In this document: piece after piece, positions 19,812 to 29,241 of the stretch | Layout of the letters: each line of letters opens with the position of its first letter | Numbering within the stretch: the stretch's first letter is position 1 | Source of the DNA: an uncultured Actinomycetes bacterium | Lineage (GTDB): Bacteria; Actinomycetota; UBA4738; JBBDTT01 | Assembly: GCA_963742735.1 (NCBI GenBank) | Contig: CAVUMN010000001.1 | Span: 1-64,000, forward strand | DNA length: 64,000 nt | Direction: 5' to 3' | Position numbers and translations under genes: made by a program | Notes under the pieces: generated by a model | What the model saw: only the letters and a program-made list of their open reading frames with translations | The model's database searches: none | Told to the model about the DNA's origin: nothing

Positions 19812-20709
19812 CGCGGGCGAGGTTCGCCGGGTCAGCCTGCACGGCCACGACCTCGTCTACCGCCAGGCGGGGTCGGGGCCGGTGCTCCTGCTGATCCACG
19901 GCATGGCGTCGAGCTCGCGGACGTGGCAGCGGGTGACGCCGGCCCTCGCCGAGGGATCCACGGTGCTGGCCCCCGACCTGCTGGGCCACGGCGAGTCGGC
20001 GAAGGACCACACGGACCACTCGCTGGGCGGGCTGGCGTCCTCACTCCGAGACTTCCTCGTGGCCACCGGCCACGAGCGGGCGACGATCGTCGGCCACTCG
20101 CTGGGTGGCGGCATCGCCATGCAGTTCTCGTATCAGTTCCCCGAGCGCACCGAGCGGCTGATCCTGGTCGGCAGCGGCGGGCTCGGCAAGGAGGTCGCCT
20201 TCCTCCTGCGGGCCCTGGCCGTGCCGGGGGTCGAGTACGTCCTGCCGCCGGTGTTCACGCCGAAGCTCGCGCGCGCGGGCGCGCGGATGACGTCGTGGCT
20301 CGACAAGGTCGGCCTGCCGAAGGCCGGGGCCATCGAGGAGATGTACGAGTCGTACGCGTCCCTGACGAACACAGACACCCGGCGGGCGTTCTTCCGGGTG
20401 CTGCGATCCGTGGTGGGGGCCTCCGGCCAGCTCGTCAGCGCCCGCGACCGCCTGTACCTGGCCGCGAACATGCCGACCCTGATCGCCTGGGGCGAGCGGG
20501 ACGGCATCATCCCGGTCACCCACGCCCACGAGGCCCACGCCGCGATGCCCGGCAGCCGCCTTGAGATCTTTCCGAAGGTTGGCCACTTCCCGCAGCGGGA
20601 GTGCCCCGAGGACTTCGCGAAGGTGGTCCTGGACTTCCTGGCCACGACCACGCCGGCCTCGCTCACCGGGGCCGAGCTCCGCGCCCTGCTGACCGCCCCC
20701 GCGTCCTGA
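19804..20709 (+). CDS. Alpha/beta hydrolase
   Basis: LIHG, DLLGHG, GHSLGGG, WGERD, GHFP. Confidence 0.9.
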   Translation: MADAGEVRRVSLHGHDLVYRQAGSGPVLLLIHGMASSSRTWQRVTPALAEGSTVLAPDLLGHGESAKDHTDHSLGGLASSLRDFLVATGHERATIVGHSLGGGIAMQFSYQFPERTERLILVGSGGLGKEVAFLLRALAVPGVEYVLPPVFTPKLARAGARMTSWLDKVGLPKAGAIEEMYESYASLTNTDTRRAFFRVLRSVVGASGQLVSARDRLYLAANMPTLIAWGERDGIIPVTHAHEAHAAMPGSRLEIFPKVGHFPQRECPEDFAKVVLDFLATTTPASLTGAELRALLTAPAS

Positions 20710-20715
20710 GCCGGC

Positions 20716-21657
20716 TCAGGACTCGGACGCGAGCAGCCCGGCCTTGACCCGCTCCCGGTGGCGGGCGGGGTCGCCCCACGCGCCGGCCAGGGCGAACGCC
20801 CGCTTCAGCCAGCGGTGCAGCTCGTGCTCCTCCGTGTAGCCGATGGCCCCGTGGACCTGCAGCGCCGCGCGGGCGGCGACGGTCGCCGCGTCGGAGGCCA
20901 TCGCCTTTGCCATCGAGGCGTCCCGCCCGCGGGTCGGCTCGTCGCGGGCCAGCGACCAGGCCGCCCGGTAGACGACGGGCCGGGCGAACTCCACGGCGAG
21001 ATGCGCCTCGGCCAGCAGGTGCTTCACGGCCTGGAACGAGCCAACCGGCACGCCGAACTGCTGCCGGTCCTTCGCGTACGCCGCGCCCATCTCCACGAGG
21101 CGCCGGCCGGCGCCCGCGAGCTGGGCCGCCGCCGCGAAGGCGGCCCGATCGGTGAGCCGCTCGAGCGCTCCGGCGTCGCCCAGCCGGTTGTCCTCCCCCG
21201 GCGTCCACGCCACCGAGGACAGCCGGCGGGACGGGTCGATCGAACGCTCCGGCGCGAGGGTCACGTCCTTCGAGGCCACCGCGTGGACCGCCCCCGCCGA
21301 CTCCAGGACCAGCAGGTCCGCCGCGTCGGCGTGGGAGACGAGGGCGCCCCCCGCGGAGACCCGCCGCTCGCCCGAGGCCACGCCCTCAAGCAGCTCGTCG
21401 CGGCCCGCGTCGCGGAGGGCGGACCCGCCGACGTAGTGCTCGAGCACCGGGTCGGGCAGGCAGGCGTAGCCGGTCTCCTCCAGCGCCAGCACCAGGTCGA
21501 CCTCGTCCAGCCCCTGACCGCCGTGCTCCTCACCAAGGGTGAGCCCGAGGAGGCCGATCGATCCCAGCGCGCCCCACGAGTCGCGGGTGCCGGACTCCAG
21601 GACCTTTCGGACCGTCCCCGCGAAGAGGCGCTGCTCCTCGGTGAACGCGAATCGCAC
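20716..21657 (-). CDS. fadE32: Acyl-CoA dehydrogenase beta subunit (HIP pathway)
   Basis: RSIDPSRRL, RQQFGVPVGSFQAVKH, LQVHGAIGYTEEHEL...AWGDP. Directly follows the fadE31-like gene. Confidence 0.75.
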   Translation of the reverse strand: MRFAFTEEQRLFAGTVRKVLESGTRDSWGALGSIGLLGLTLGEEHGGQGLDEVDLVLALEETGYACLPDPVLEHYVGGSALRDAGRDELLEGVASGERRVSAGGALVSHADAADLLVLESAGAVHAVASKDVTLAPERSIDPSRRLSSVAWTPGEDNRLGDAGALERLTDRAAFAAAAQLAGAGRRLVEMGAAYAKDRQQFGVPVGSFQAVKHLLAEAHLAVEFARPVVYRAAWSLARDEPTRGRDASMAKAMASDAATVAARAALQVHGAIGYTEEHELHRWLKRAFALAGAWGDPARHRERVKAGLLASES

Positions 21658-21659
21658 CG

Positions 21660-22790
21660 TCAGCTCCTCGGGAGGCCGAGGACGCGCTCGGCCACGATGT
21701 TGCGCTGGATCTCGTTGGTGCCCGCGTAGATCGGACCGGCCAGCGAGAACAGGAACCCGTCGGTCCACGGCCCGGCGAGCTCGGCCTCCTCGCCCAGCAG
21801 CCCCAGGGCGGCGGTGTGCAGCGCCACGTCCATCTCGCTCCACCACAGCTTGTTCAGGCTGGCCTCGGCGCCGACCGATCCCCCGTCCAGGACCCGGGCC
21901 ACGGTCCAGTGGGTGTTCAGGCGGTAGGCCTCCACCCGCATCCACGCGTCGGCCACCGCGTCGAGCAGCGAGATCGGGACCTCGCCGCTTCGCCGGCACA
22001 GCTCGACCAGCCGGCGGGCGGTGCCCATGAACCTCCCCGGGCTGCGCAGGATGACGCCGCGCTCGAACGAGGCCGTGGACATCGCCACCTTCCATCCCTC
22101 GTTCTCCGGCCCCAGGAGGTTCTCCGCGGGGATCTTGACGTCGTCCAGGAACACCTCGGCGAACCCGGCCTCGCCGTCGAGCTGGGCGATGGGGCGGACG
22201 GTGACGCCCGGTGCGTCCAGCGGCACCAGGAGGTACGAGAGCCCCTTGTGGCGCTCGGACGCCGGGTCGGTCCGGAAGATCCCGAACATCCAGTCGGCGA
22301 ACGCCCCCCGCGAGCACCACGTCTTCTGGCCGTTCAGGACCCAGGTGTCTCCGCGGCGCTCGGCCCGCGATGTCAGCGAGGCCAGGTCGCTCCCGGCGTT
22401 CGGCTCCGACCAGCCCTGGCACCACACCTCCTCGGCGGAGGCGATCCGGGGGAGGTAGCGGGCGCGCTGCTCGTCGGTGCCGAACTCGAGGAGCGTCGGT
22501 CCCAGCAGGAACAGCCCGTTCTGGTTCACCCGCCCTGGGGCGCCGGCGCCCCAGTACTCCTCCTCGAAGATCAGCCACTCCAGCAGGCCCAGGCCGCGGC
22601 CCCCGACGTCGGTGGGCCAGTTCACGGCGGCCCAGCCCGAGTTGGACAGCCGGCGCTCCCAGTCGCGGTGGGCGTCGAAGCCCTCGCGGGTGTCGAAGGA
22701 AGGGAGCGGCTCGGAGGGGACGTTCCCGGCCAGCCACGCCCGGGCCTCGGCTCGAAACGCCTCCTGCTCGGGGGTGAACGAGAGGTCCAC
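21660..22790 (-). CDS. fadE31: Acyl-CoA dehydrogenase alpha subunit (HIP pathway)
   Basis: FEEEYWGAGAPGR, LRSPGRF, ELAGPWTDGFLFSLAGPIYAGTNEIQRNI match remembered Rv3562 features. Confidence 0.8.
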   Translation of the reverse strand: MDLSFTPEQEAFRAEARAWLAGNVPSEPLPSFDTREGFDAHRDWERRLSNSGWAAVNWPTDVGGRGLGLLEWLIFEEEYWGAGAPGRVNQNGLFLLGPTLLEFGTDEQRARYLPRIASAEEVWCQGWSEPNAGSDLASLTSRAERRGDTWVLNGQKTWCSRGAFADWMFGIFRTDPASERHKGLSYLLVPLDAPGVTVRPIAQLDGEAGFAEVFLDDVKIPAENLLGPENEGWKVAMSTASFERGVILRSPGRFMGTARRLVELCRRSGEVPISLLDAVADAWMRVEAYRLNTHWTVARVLDGGSVGAEASLNKLWWSEMDVALHTAALGLLGEEAELAGPWTDGFLFSLAGPIYAGTNEIQRNIVAERVLGLPRS

Positions 22791-22807
22791 AGCCGGAGTC
22801 TAGCCAT

Positions 22808-22826
22808 ATCTGACGGTCCGTCAGAT
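22808..22826. promoter_or_regulatory. 19-bp palindromic operator, copy 1
   Basis: ATCTGACGG-T-CCGTCAGAT, perfect, between divergent genes. Confidence 0.85.
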
Positions 22827-22848
22827 TCCGGTACGATTGGGCTCTCCA

Positions 22849-23919
22849 ATGCCCTATCGCGTGATCCAGTGGAGCACCGGGAACGTCGGGCGCTACGCCC
22901 TGCGCGGGATCATCAACCACCCCGACATGGAGCTGGCCGGCGTGTGGGTGTCGAGCGACGCCAAGGCCGGGATGGACGCGGGCGATCTGTGCGGCCTGCC
23001 CCCCGTCGGCGTGGCGGCGACCACCGACGCCGACGCGCTGCTGGCCCTCGACGCCGACGCCGTCTGCTACAACGCCACCGCCGACGTCCGGCTCCACGAG
23101 GCGCTCGCCGACATCGCGCGCATCCTCGAGTCCGGCAAGAACGTCGTGTCGTCCTCGATCGTGTTCCTCGTCGAGCCCAAGGGCGCCGATGCCGGATTCA
23201 CCGAGCCGCTCGAGAAGGCGTGCGCGGACGGCGGCGTGTCCTTCTTCACCTCCGGGATCGATCCCGGCTTCGCCAACGACGTCCTCCCCCTCGTGCTCTC
23301 GGGCGTGTGCGAGCGGATCGACTCGGTCCGGGTCCAGGAGGTCCTGAACTACGCCACGTACGACCAGCCCACGGTCCTGTTCGACACGATGGGCTTCGCC
23401 CAGCCGCTCGACGCCACGCCGCTCCTCCTCCAGCCCGGCATCCTCACGCTGGCGTGGGGAGGCACCATCCGGGCCATCGCCGACGGGCTGGGCGTGACCC
23501 TCGACGGCATCGAGGAGTTCCACGAGCGGCTGCCCGCTCCGGAGACCTTCCAGGTCCCCAGCGGGAAGGTGGAGGAGGGGACGACGGCGGCGATGCGGTT
23601 CGAGGTCCGGGGGATGATCAACGACGAGCCGAGGATCGTGCTGGAGCACGTCACGCGGCTGCGGCCCGACCTCGCGCCCGAGTGGGACCAGCCTCCCGGC
23701 GTGGGCGGCTACCGCGTGTTCATCAAGGGCTCCCCCGACGTGACCTGCGAGCTCACCACCGCCGGCGACGACGGCGACGAGAACTCGGGCGGGCTCATCG
23801 TGACCGCCATGCGCATGGTGAACGCGATCCCGGCCGTGGTCGCCGCGCCGCCCGGCCTGCTCGGGCCCCTGGACGTGGGCATCCCCACCGGCCGCGGGCT
23901 GCTGTCGGGGGGACAATGA
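22849..23919 (+). CDS. Dihydrodipicolinate reductase-like / diaminopentanoate dehydrogenase-like NAD(P) oxidoreductase
   Basis: IQWSTGNVG, GKNVVS, SGIDPGFAND, TAMRMVNAIPAV. Confidence 0.8.
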   Translation: MPYRVIQWSTGNVGRYALRGIINHPDMELAGVWVSSDAKAGMDAGDLCGLPPVGVAATTDADALLALDADAVCYNATADVRLHEALADIARILESGKNVVSSSIVFLVEPKGADAGFTEPLEKACADGGVSFFTSGIDPGFANDVLPLVLSGVCERIDSVRVQEVLNYATYDQPTVLFDTMGFAQPLDATPLLLQPGILTLAWGGTIRAIADGLGVTLDGIEEFHERLPAPETFQVPSGKVEEGTTAAMRFEVRGMINDEPRIVLEHVTRLRPDLAPEWDQPPGVGGYRVFIKGSPDVTCELTTAGDDGDENSGGLIVTAMRMVNAIPAVVAAPPGLLGPLDVGIPTGRGLLSGGQ

Positions 23920-24323
23920 CCCCGATGATCGAGGGCTGGTTCGACGCCGAGCCCGAGCCGCACCTGATCGGCGCGCGGTGCACAACGTGCGGCTCCTACG
24001 CGTTCCCGCCGACGGCGCCGGCGTGTCCGAACCCGTCGTGTCCCGGGACCGAGCTCGAGGCCGTCCCGTTGTCGAGGCGCGGCCGGCTGTGGTCGTGGAC
24101 CGTGGCTCGGTACGCCCCTCCCCCGCCCTACGTGGCCGCCGACCCGTTCGTCCCGTTCACGCTCGCGGCCGTCGAGCTCGAGGAAGAGCGGATGGTGATC
24201 CTCGGCCAGATGGATCCCGGCGCCGACCCGAACGGCCTCGCGGTGGGCGACGAGATGGAGCTCGTAGCGGGGAGTCTGTCCGGCGAGCCGGACGCCCCGA
24301 TCTGGAACTGGCGGCCGGCGTGA
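23916..24323 (+). CDS. DUF35 Zn-ribbon/OB-fold protein
   Basis: CTTCG...FPP...CPNPSC, GRLWSWT. ATGA and GTGA overlaps with neighbours. Confidence 0.88.
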   Translation: MTPMIEGWFDAEPEPHLIGARCTTCGSYAFPPTAPACPNPSCPGTELEAVPLSRRGRLWSWTVARYAPPPPYVAADPFVPFTLAAVELEEERMVILGQMDPGADPNGLAVGDEMELVAGSLSGEPDAPIWNWRPA

Positions 24324-25507
24324 GCTCGGTGGCCGTCCTCGGCGCGGGGATGCACCCGTGGGGCAAGTGGGGCCGGAGCTTCGCGGAGTACGGCGCCCAC
24401 GCGGCGCGGGCGGCGCTCGCCGACGCCGGCGTGGCCTGGGGCGACGTTGGCTACCTGGCCGCGGGCATCACCGTCCGCAACGGCTACCCCGGCTACGTCG
24501 CGGCCTCCACGTTCGCCCAGTCGCTCGGCTGGAACGGCGCGAACATCGCGTCCTGCTACGCCGCGTGCGCGTCCGGCGCTGCGGCCCTCGACGTCGCCCG
24601 CGCCCGGATCCTGGCCGGCCTGTGCGACGTCGCGCTCGTGGTCGGCGCCGACACCACGCCGAAGGGCTTCCTGGCCCCGAACACCGGCGAGCGGACCGAC
24701 GACCCCGACTGGCTCCGGTTCCGGCTCCTCGGCGCGACCAACCCGGCGTACTTCGGCCTGTACGCGCGGCGCCGGATCGCCCGCTACGGGGCGACCGAGC
24801 GCGACTTCGCCCTGGTCAAGGTGAAGAACAGCCGGCACGGCCTGAGCAACCCGAACGCCCGCTACCGCAAGGAGGTCACCGAGGACGAGGTCCTGGCCTC
24901 CCCCATCGTGGCCGACCCCCTGCACCTGCTGGACATCTGCGCGACGAGCGACGGCGGCGCGGCGATCGTGCTCTCGAGCCTGGAGTTCGCCCGCGCCCGC
25001 GGCGTGCAGGACCCGGTGCGGCTCGCCGCGATCTCCACGGTCACCCCGAGGTACCCGAAGACCGTGCTGGACCTCCCCGACTTCGCCACCGACTCGGCGG
25101 CCATGGTCGCGCCGCCCGAGACGGCGTATCGCGCCTCTATCGCTGCGGCGGCCTACGAGGAGGCGGGCCTGGGGCCGGAGGACCTGGACGTGGCCGAGGT
25201 CTACGACCTGTCCACCGCGCTCGAGCTCGACTGGTACGAGGACATCGGTCTGTGCAAGGAGGGGGAGGCCGAGCGTCTGCTGAACGACGGCGACACGACG
25301 ATCGGGGGACGCATCCCCGTGAACCCCAGCGGCGGGCTGGCCTGCTTCGGCGAGGCCGTGCCGGCCCAGGCGATCGCGCAGGTATGCGAGCTCACGTGGC
25401 AGCTTCGGGGGACGGCGGTGGGCCGCCAGGTCGAGGCGGCGAGCACCGGGCTCGCCGTGAACCAGGGACTGTTCGGACACGGCTCGGCCGTGATCGTGAC
25501 CACCTAG
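24320..25507 (+). CDS. SCP2/thiolase-like lipid-transfer protein (Ltp family)
   Basis: GMHPWGKW, YAACASG, CATSDGGAA, AEVYD, VNPSGGL. Paired with the DUF35 gene. Confidence 0.88.
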   Translation: MSSVAVLGAGMHPWGKWGRSFAEYGAHAARAALADAGVAWGDVGYLAAGITVRNGYPGYVAASTFAQSLGWNGANIASCYAACASGAAALDVARARILAGLCDVALVVGADTTPKGFLAPNTGERTDDPDWLRFRLLGATNPAYFGLYARRRIARYGATERDFALVKVKNSRHGLSNPNARYRKEVTEDEVLASPIVADPLHLLDICATSDGGAAIVLSSLEFARARGVQDPVRLAAISTVTPRYPKTVLDLPDFATDSAAMVAPPETAYRASIAAAAYEEAGLGPEDLDVAEVYDLSTALELDWYEDIGLCKEGEAERLLNDGDTTIGGRIPVNPSGGLACFGEAVPAQAIAQVCELTWQLRGTAVGRQVEAASTGLAVNQGLFGHGSAVIVTT

Positions 25508-25519
25508 GAGGAACCTTCA

Positions 25520-26665
25520 ATGGACGCGTACCTCGTCGACATCTGCCGGACGCCGGTGGGCAAGAAGAACGGCTCGCTGAAGGACGTGCACCCCGCCGAC
25601 ATGGGCGCGCACATCCTGTCGGCCCTCATGGAGCGGACCGGCGTCGACCCGAACGCGGTGGAGGACGTGATCCTCGGGTGCGTGGACACGATCGGCCCCA
25701 ACATGGGCGACATCGCGCGGACGTCGTGGCTGGCCGCCGGCCTGCCGGAGCACGTCCCCGGGGTGACGATCGACCGGCAGTGCGGGTCGGCCCAGCAGGC
25801 CGTCCACTTCGCGGCCCAGGCCGTGATGAGCGGCACCATGGACGTGGTCGTCGCCGGCGGCGTCCAGAACATGAGCATGGTCCCCATCGGGACCAGCCGG
25901 AAGCTCGCCGAGGAGGCGGGCTTCCCCCGGACGTTCCACGACTCCACGGGATGGGTGGCGCGCTACGGCGACCAGCCGGTGACGCAGTTCCACGCGGCCG
26001 AGCTGATCGCCGAGAAGTGGAGCATCTCCCGCGAGGACATGGAGGCGTTCGCCCTGGAGAGTCACCGGCGCGCGCTCCAGGCCACGCGGGAGGGCCGTTT
26101 CGCGAGCGAGATCGTGCCCCTGGCCGGCCTCTCGCATGACGAAGGTCCCCGTGAGACGTCGATGGAGAAGATGGCGGGGCTCCCCCTGGTCCCGGGATGC
26201 GAGCTGATCACCGCCGCGGTGTCCAGCCAGATCTCAGACGCCGCCACGGCCGCGCTGGTCGTCAACGAGCGGGCGATCGAGACTCACGGCCTGACCCCGC
26301 GGGCGAGGATCCACCACATCTCCGTCCGCGCGGACGACCCGATCTACATGCTGACCGGACCCATCGCCGCCACGTTCCACGCGCTGGAGAAGACGGGAAT
26401 GTCCCTGGACGACATCGACCTCGTCGAGATCAACGAGGCCTTCGCCCCCGTCGTCCTCGCCTGGCAGAAGGAGACCGGCGCCGACCTGGACAAGGTCAAC
26501 GTGAACGGCGGCGCCATCGCCCTGGGCCACCCCATCGGGGCGACCGGGACCCGGCTGATGGCCACGCTGCTGAACGAGCTGGAGCGAACGGGCGGCCGCT
26601 ACGGCCTGCAGACGATGTGCGAGGGCGGAGGCCAGGCGAACGTCACGATCATCGAGCGTGCCTGA
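25520..26665 (+). CDS. fadA6: Thiolase of steroid C/D-ring catabolism
   Basis: IDRQCGSAQQA, RYGDQ, ARIHHISVRADDP, GHPIGATG, GLQTMCEGGG match remembered Rv3556c features. Confidence 0.88.
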   Translation: MDAYLVDICRTPVGKKNGSLKDVHPADMGAHILSALMERTGVDPNAVEDVILGCVDTIGPNMGDIARTSWLAAGLPEHVPGVTIDRQCGSAQQAVHFAAQAVMSGTMDVVVAGGVQNMSMVPIGTSRKLAEEAGFPRTFHDSTGWVARYGDQPVTQFHAAELIAEKWSISREDMEAFALESHRRALQATREGRFASEIVPLAGLSHDEGPRETSMEKMAGLPLVPGCELITAAVSSQISDAATAALVVNERAIETHGLTPRARIHHISVRADDPIYMLTGPIAATFHALEKTGMSLDDIDLVEINEAFAPVVLAWQKETGADLDKVNVNGGAIALGHPIGATGTRLMATLLNELERTGGRYGLQTMCEGGGQANVTIIERA

Positions 26666-26671
26666 ACCTGG

Positions 26672-28087
26672 TCACGAAGCGGGGACCCGCTCGGCCTCCT
26701 TCAGGAGCTCTCGCAGCGACTCGGCGAGCCCGTCGGTGACCCGGTGAACCTCTGGCAGGCGGTCGGCGCAGGCGATCGCGGCGAAGTTCATCTGATCGAT
26801 GTAGCTCCAGACCGTCACGTTCAGCCCGATGCCCTCCAGGATCGGGCCCACCGAGAACAGCGCCACCAGCTTCGCGCCGGCGATGTACAGCGGCAGGGGC
26901 GGGCCGGGGACGTTCGACACCACCAGGTTGATGGGCGGGGCGTGCCGGCTGGCCAGGCCATGCTTCGAGTAGGTGCGGACCGCCCACGCGAACGGCCGCG
27001 GCGGGGTGTGCTCGGCCCAGTCGGCCATCAGGTCGGCCCCCAGGATGTTGATGCGGTCCTTCGCCGCCCCGGTGACCCCCGAGATGGCCTTCAGCCGCTC
27101 GACCGGGTCGTCGATGTCGGTGCACAGCGACGTGAACATGTTCGTCACCCGGTTGCCTCCCAGTCGCGGGTCGGACCCGGGCTGCTCGGAGGACACCGGC
27201 ACTCCGGCCACCAGCGGCTTGTCGAGGACCTCGCCGCGCTCGTCGAGGTACCGGCGCAGCGACCCCGACACCACGGCGAGGACGACGTCGTTGAGGGACA
27301 CGCCGAACGCGTTCTTCACGGTCTTGAAGTCCTCGATGGCCAGGGACGTCGTCGCGAACACGCGCCGCTTCGAGAGCGCGCCGTTGAACGAGGTCCGCGG
27401 GGTGTCCTTCACCGGTCTCGGAGGGCGGATCGGCGCGTTCGCCTGGTGCTCCCCCAGCGCCTTCACGTTCTGGCGGGTCCGGCGTACCAGGCGCGGGATC
27501 CGTTTCGTGCGGCGGAACCGGTCACGGAACGCGTCCAGGATCAGCCGGAACGCGCCGGGGACCGGCTCCGGCCGCCACGGACGCTCGGGCGCCTCCGGCT
27601 CGGCCGGTTCCGGCTGGAGGCTGAGGACGTTCGACAGCAGCGCCGACGCGGCGACCCCGTCGGCGGCGGCGTGGTGCATCTTGGCGACGAAGCACACCCG
27701 GCCGCCCTCCAGCCCCTCGATCACCCAGATCTGCCACAGCGGCCGGTCGCGCCGCAGCTGGACGCCGGCGATGCGCCCGATCATCTCGTCCATCTCCCGC
27801 GGGCCGCCGGGGGCCCGCACGTCGACGCGCACCACGTGGTGGTCGAGCTCGAACCCGGGGTCCTCGATCCACACCGGGTGGTCCAGGCCGAACGGCACCT
27901 CGACGACGCGGCGACGGAACGGCGGAAGCAGGTGCAGCCGCTTGGACAGCTCCTCGCGGAACCGCACGAACGAGTAGCCGCCCGCCACGCCGGCGGGGTC
28001 GACGACGGAGATCTTCAGCGTGTGCATGTGCAGCGCCGGCGTCTCCATGTACAGGAAGCCGGCGTCCAATCCGGTCATGCGCTCCAC
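26672..28087 (-). CDS. Wax ester synthase/diacylglycerol acyltransferase (WS/DGAT) no. 1
   Basis: GLDAGFLYMET, RPLW, HHAAADG, SNVPGP. Confidence 0.92.
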   Translation of the reverse strand: MERMTGLDAGFLYMETPALHMHTLKISVVDPAGVAGGYSFVRFREELSKRLHLLPPFRRRVVEVPFGLDHPVWIEDPGFELDHHVVRVDVRAPGGPREMDEMIGRIAGVQLRRDRPLWQIWVIEGLEGGRVCFVAKMHHAAADGVAASALLSNVLSLQPEPAEPEAPERPWRPEPVPGAFRLILDAFRDRFRRTKRIPRLVRRTRQNVKALGEHQANAPIRPPRPVKDTPRTSFNGALSKRRVFATTSLAIEDFKTVKNAFGVSLNDVVLAVVSGSLRRYLDERGEVLDKPLVAGVPVSSEQPGSDPRLGGNRVTNMFTSLCTDIDDPVERLKAISGVTGAAKDRINILGADLMADWAEHTPPRPFAWAVRTYSKHGLASRHAPPINLVVSNVPGPPLPLYIAGAKLVALFSVGPILEGIGLNVTVWSYIDQMNFAAIACADRLPEVHRVTDGLAESLRELLKEAERVPAS

Positions 28088-28104
28088 GGTTCCGAGTGTT
28101 GCAC

Positions 28105-29241
28105 ATGATCGACGCGGACCCTCGGGAGCTCGGGCTGGACGAGGACGCGCTCGAGCGGCTCCGGCAACTGGCGCTCGAGTCGGTCGAGGTCGAGGGGCTC
28201 CCCTCGTGCCAGCTGGCCGTCGCGGTCCGGGACCGGGTGGCGATGTTCGCCGCGTTCGGCGAGGCCTCCCCGGAGAGCCGGTACGTGGTCTTCTCCGTCA
28301 CCAAGGCGCTGACGGCGGGCGCCCTGTGGCTGCTGTTCGGCGACGGGTCGCTCACGCCGTCCACGCTCGTGGCCGACATCGTCCCGGAGTTCGTGGAGAA
28401 CGGGAAGGGCGCGGTGACGATCGAGCACGTGATGACGCACACGGCCGGGTTCCCCCGGGCGCCGATGCGTCCGCTGGAGGGCGGCGACCCCGCGGCGCGC
28501 CTGGAGCGCCTGCGGAGCTGGCGGCTCGACTGGGAGCCAGGGACCCGGACCGAGTACCACCCGAGCTCCGCGGACTGGGTGCTCGCCGAGGTCGCGGAGC
28601 GCGTGTCGGGGGTCCCCCTCGCCGAGCTGATCGCCTCGCGGATCACCGGGCCGCTCGGGCTGCCGGGACTCCGGCTGGGGGCCCCGCCCGGCGAGCAGGA
28701 CCGCGTCCTGGACGGCCGGACCATCGGCGAGATGAGCGAACAGACACGGGTGGCGCTCGACGCGGTCGGCGCGTCGGCGACGCTGGCCGAGACCGGGCGC
28801 GAGCAGCTGATGCGGTTCAACGACCCCGAGGTGCGCGCGGTGGGCGTCCCCGGGGCCGGCGCCATCGGCACCGCCGCCGAGGTCGCCCGGTACTTCCAGG
28901 CCCTGCGGCGAAACGACGGCGCGGTATGGGACACCGACGTGCTCGCCGACGCGACCGGCGTCGTCCGCAACGCCCTGATCGACCCCTGGACGCAGGTGCC
29001 GGCGAACCGGACCCTCGGGCTCCGCGTCGCCGGCGACGACGGGAGCGCGGTCCTGCGGGGGTTCGGGCGGGGGGTCGGGCCGCGGGCGTTCGGGTCCTCG
29101 GGGGTCGGCGGCCAGGTGGCGTGGGCCGACCCCGACTCGGGACTCTCCTTCTGCTACCTCACGAACGGGCTGGACGAGGATCCCGTCCGTTCGTTCCAGC
29201 GGCAGGCCGGGCTGTGCGCGGCGGCGGCGGCGTGCGCGTGA
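28105..29241 (+). CDS. Beta-lactamase-fold serine hydrolase (family VIII esterase-like)
   Basis: FSVTK (SxxK), MTHTAG, WEPGTRTEYH, AWADPDSGLSFCYLTNG. Confidence 0.88.
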   Translation: MIDADPRELGLDEDALERLRQLALESVEVEGLPSCQLAVAVRDRVAMFAAFGEASPESRYVVFSVTKALTAGALWLLFGDGSLTPSTLVADIVPEFVENGKGAVTIEHVMTHTAGFPRAPMRPLEGGDPAARLERLRSWRLDWEPGTRTEYHPSSADWVLAEVAERVSGVPLAELIASRITGPLGLPGLRLGAPPGEQDRVLDGRTIGEMSEQTRVALDAVGASATLAETGREQLMRFNDPEVRAVGVPGAGAIGTAAEVARYFQALRRNDGAVWDTDVLADATGVVRNALIDPWTQVPANRTLGLRVAGDDGSAVLRGFGRGVGPRAFGSSGVGGQVAWADPDSGLSFCYLTNGLDEDPVRSFQRQAGLCAAAAACA

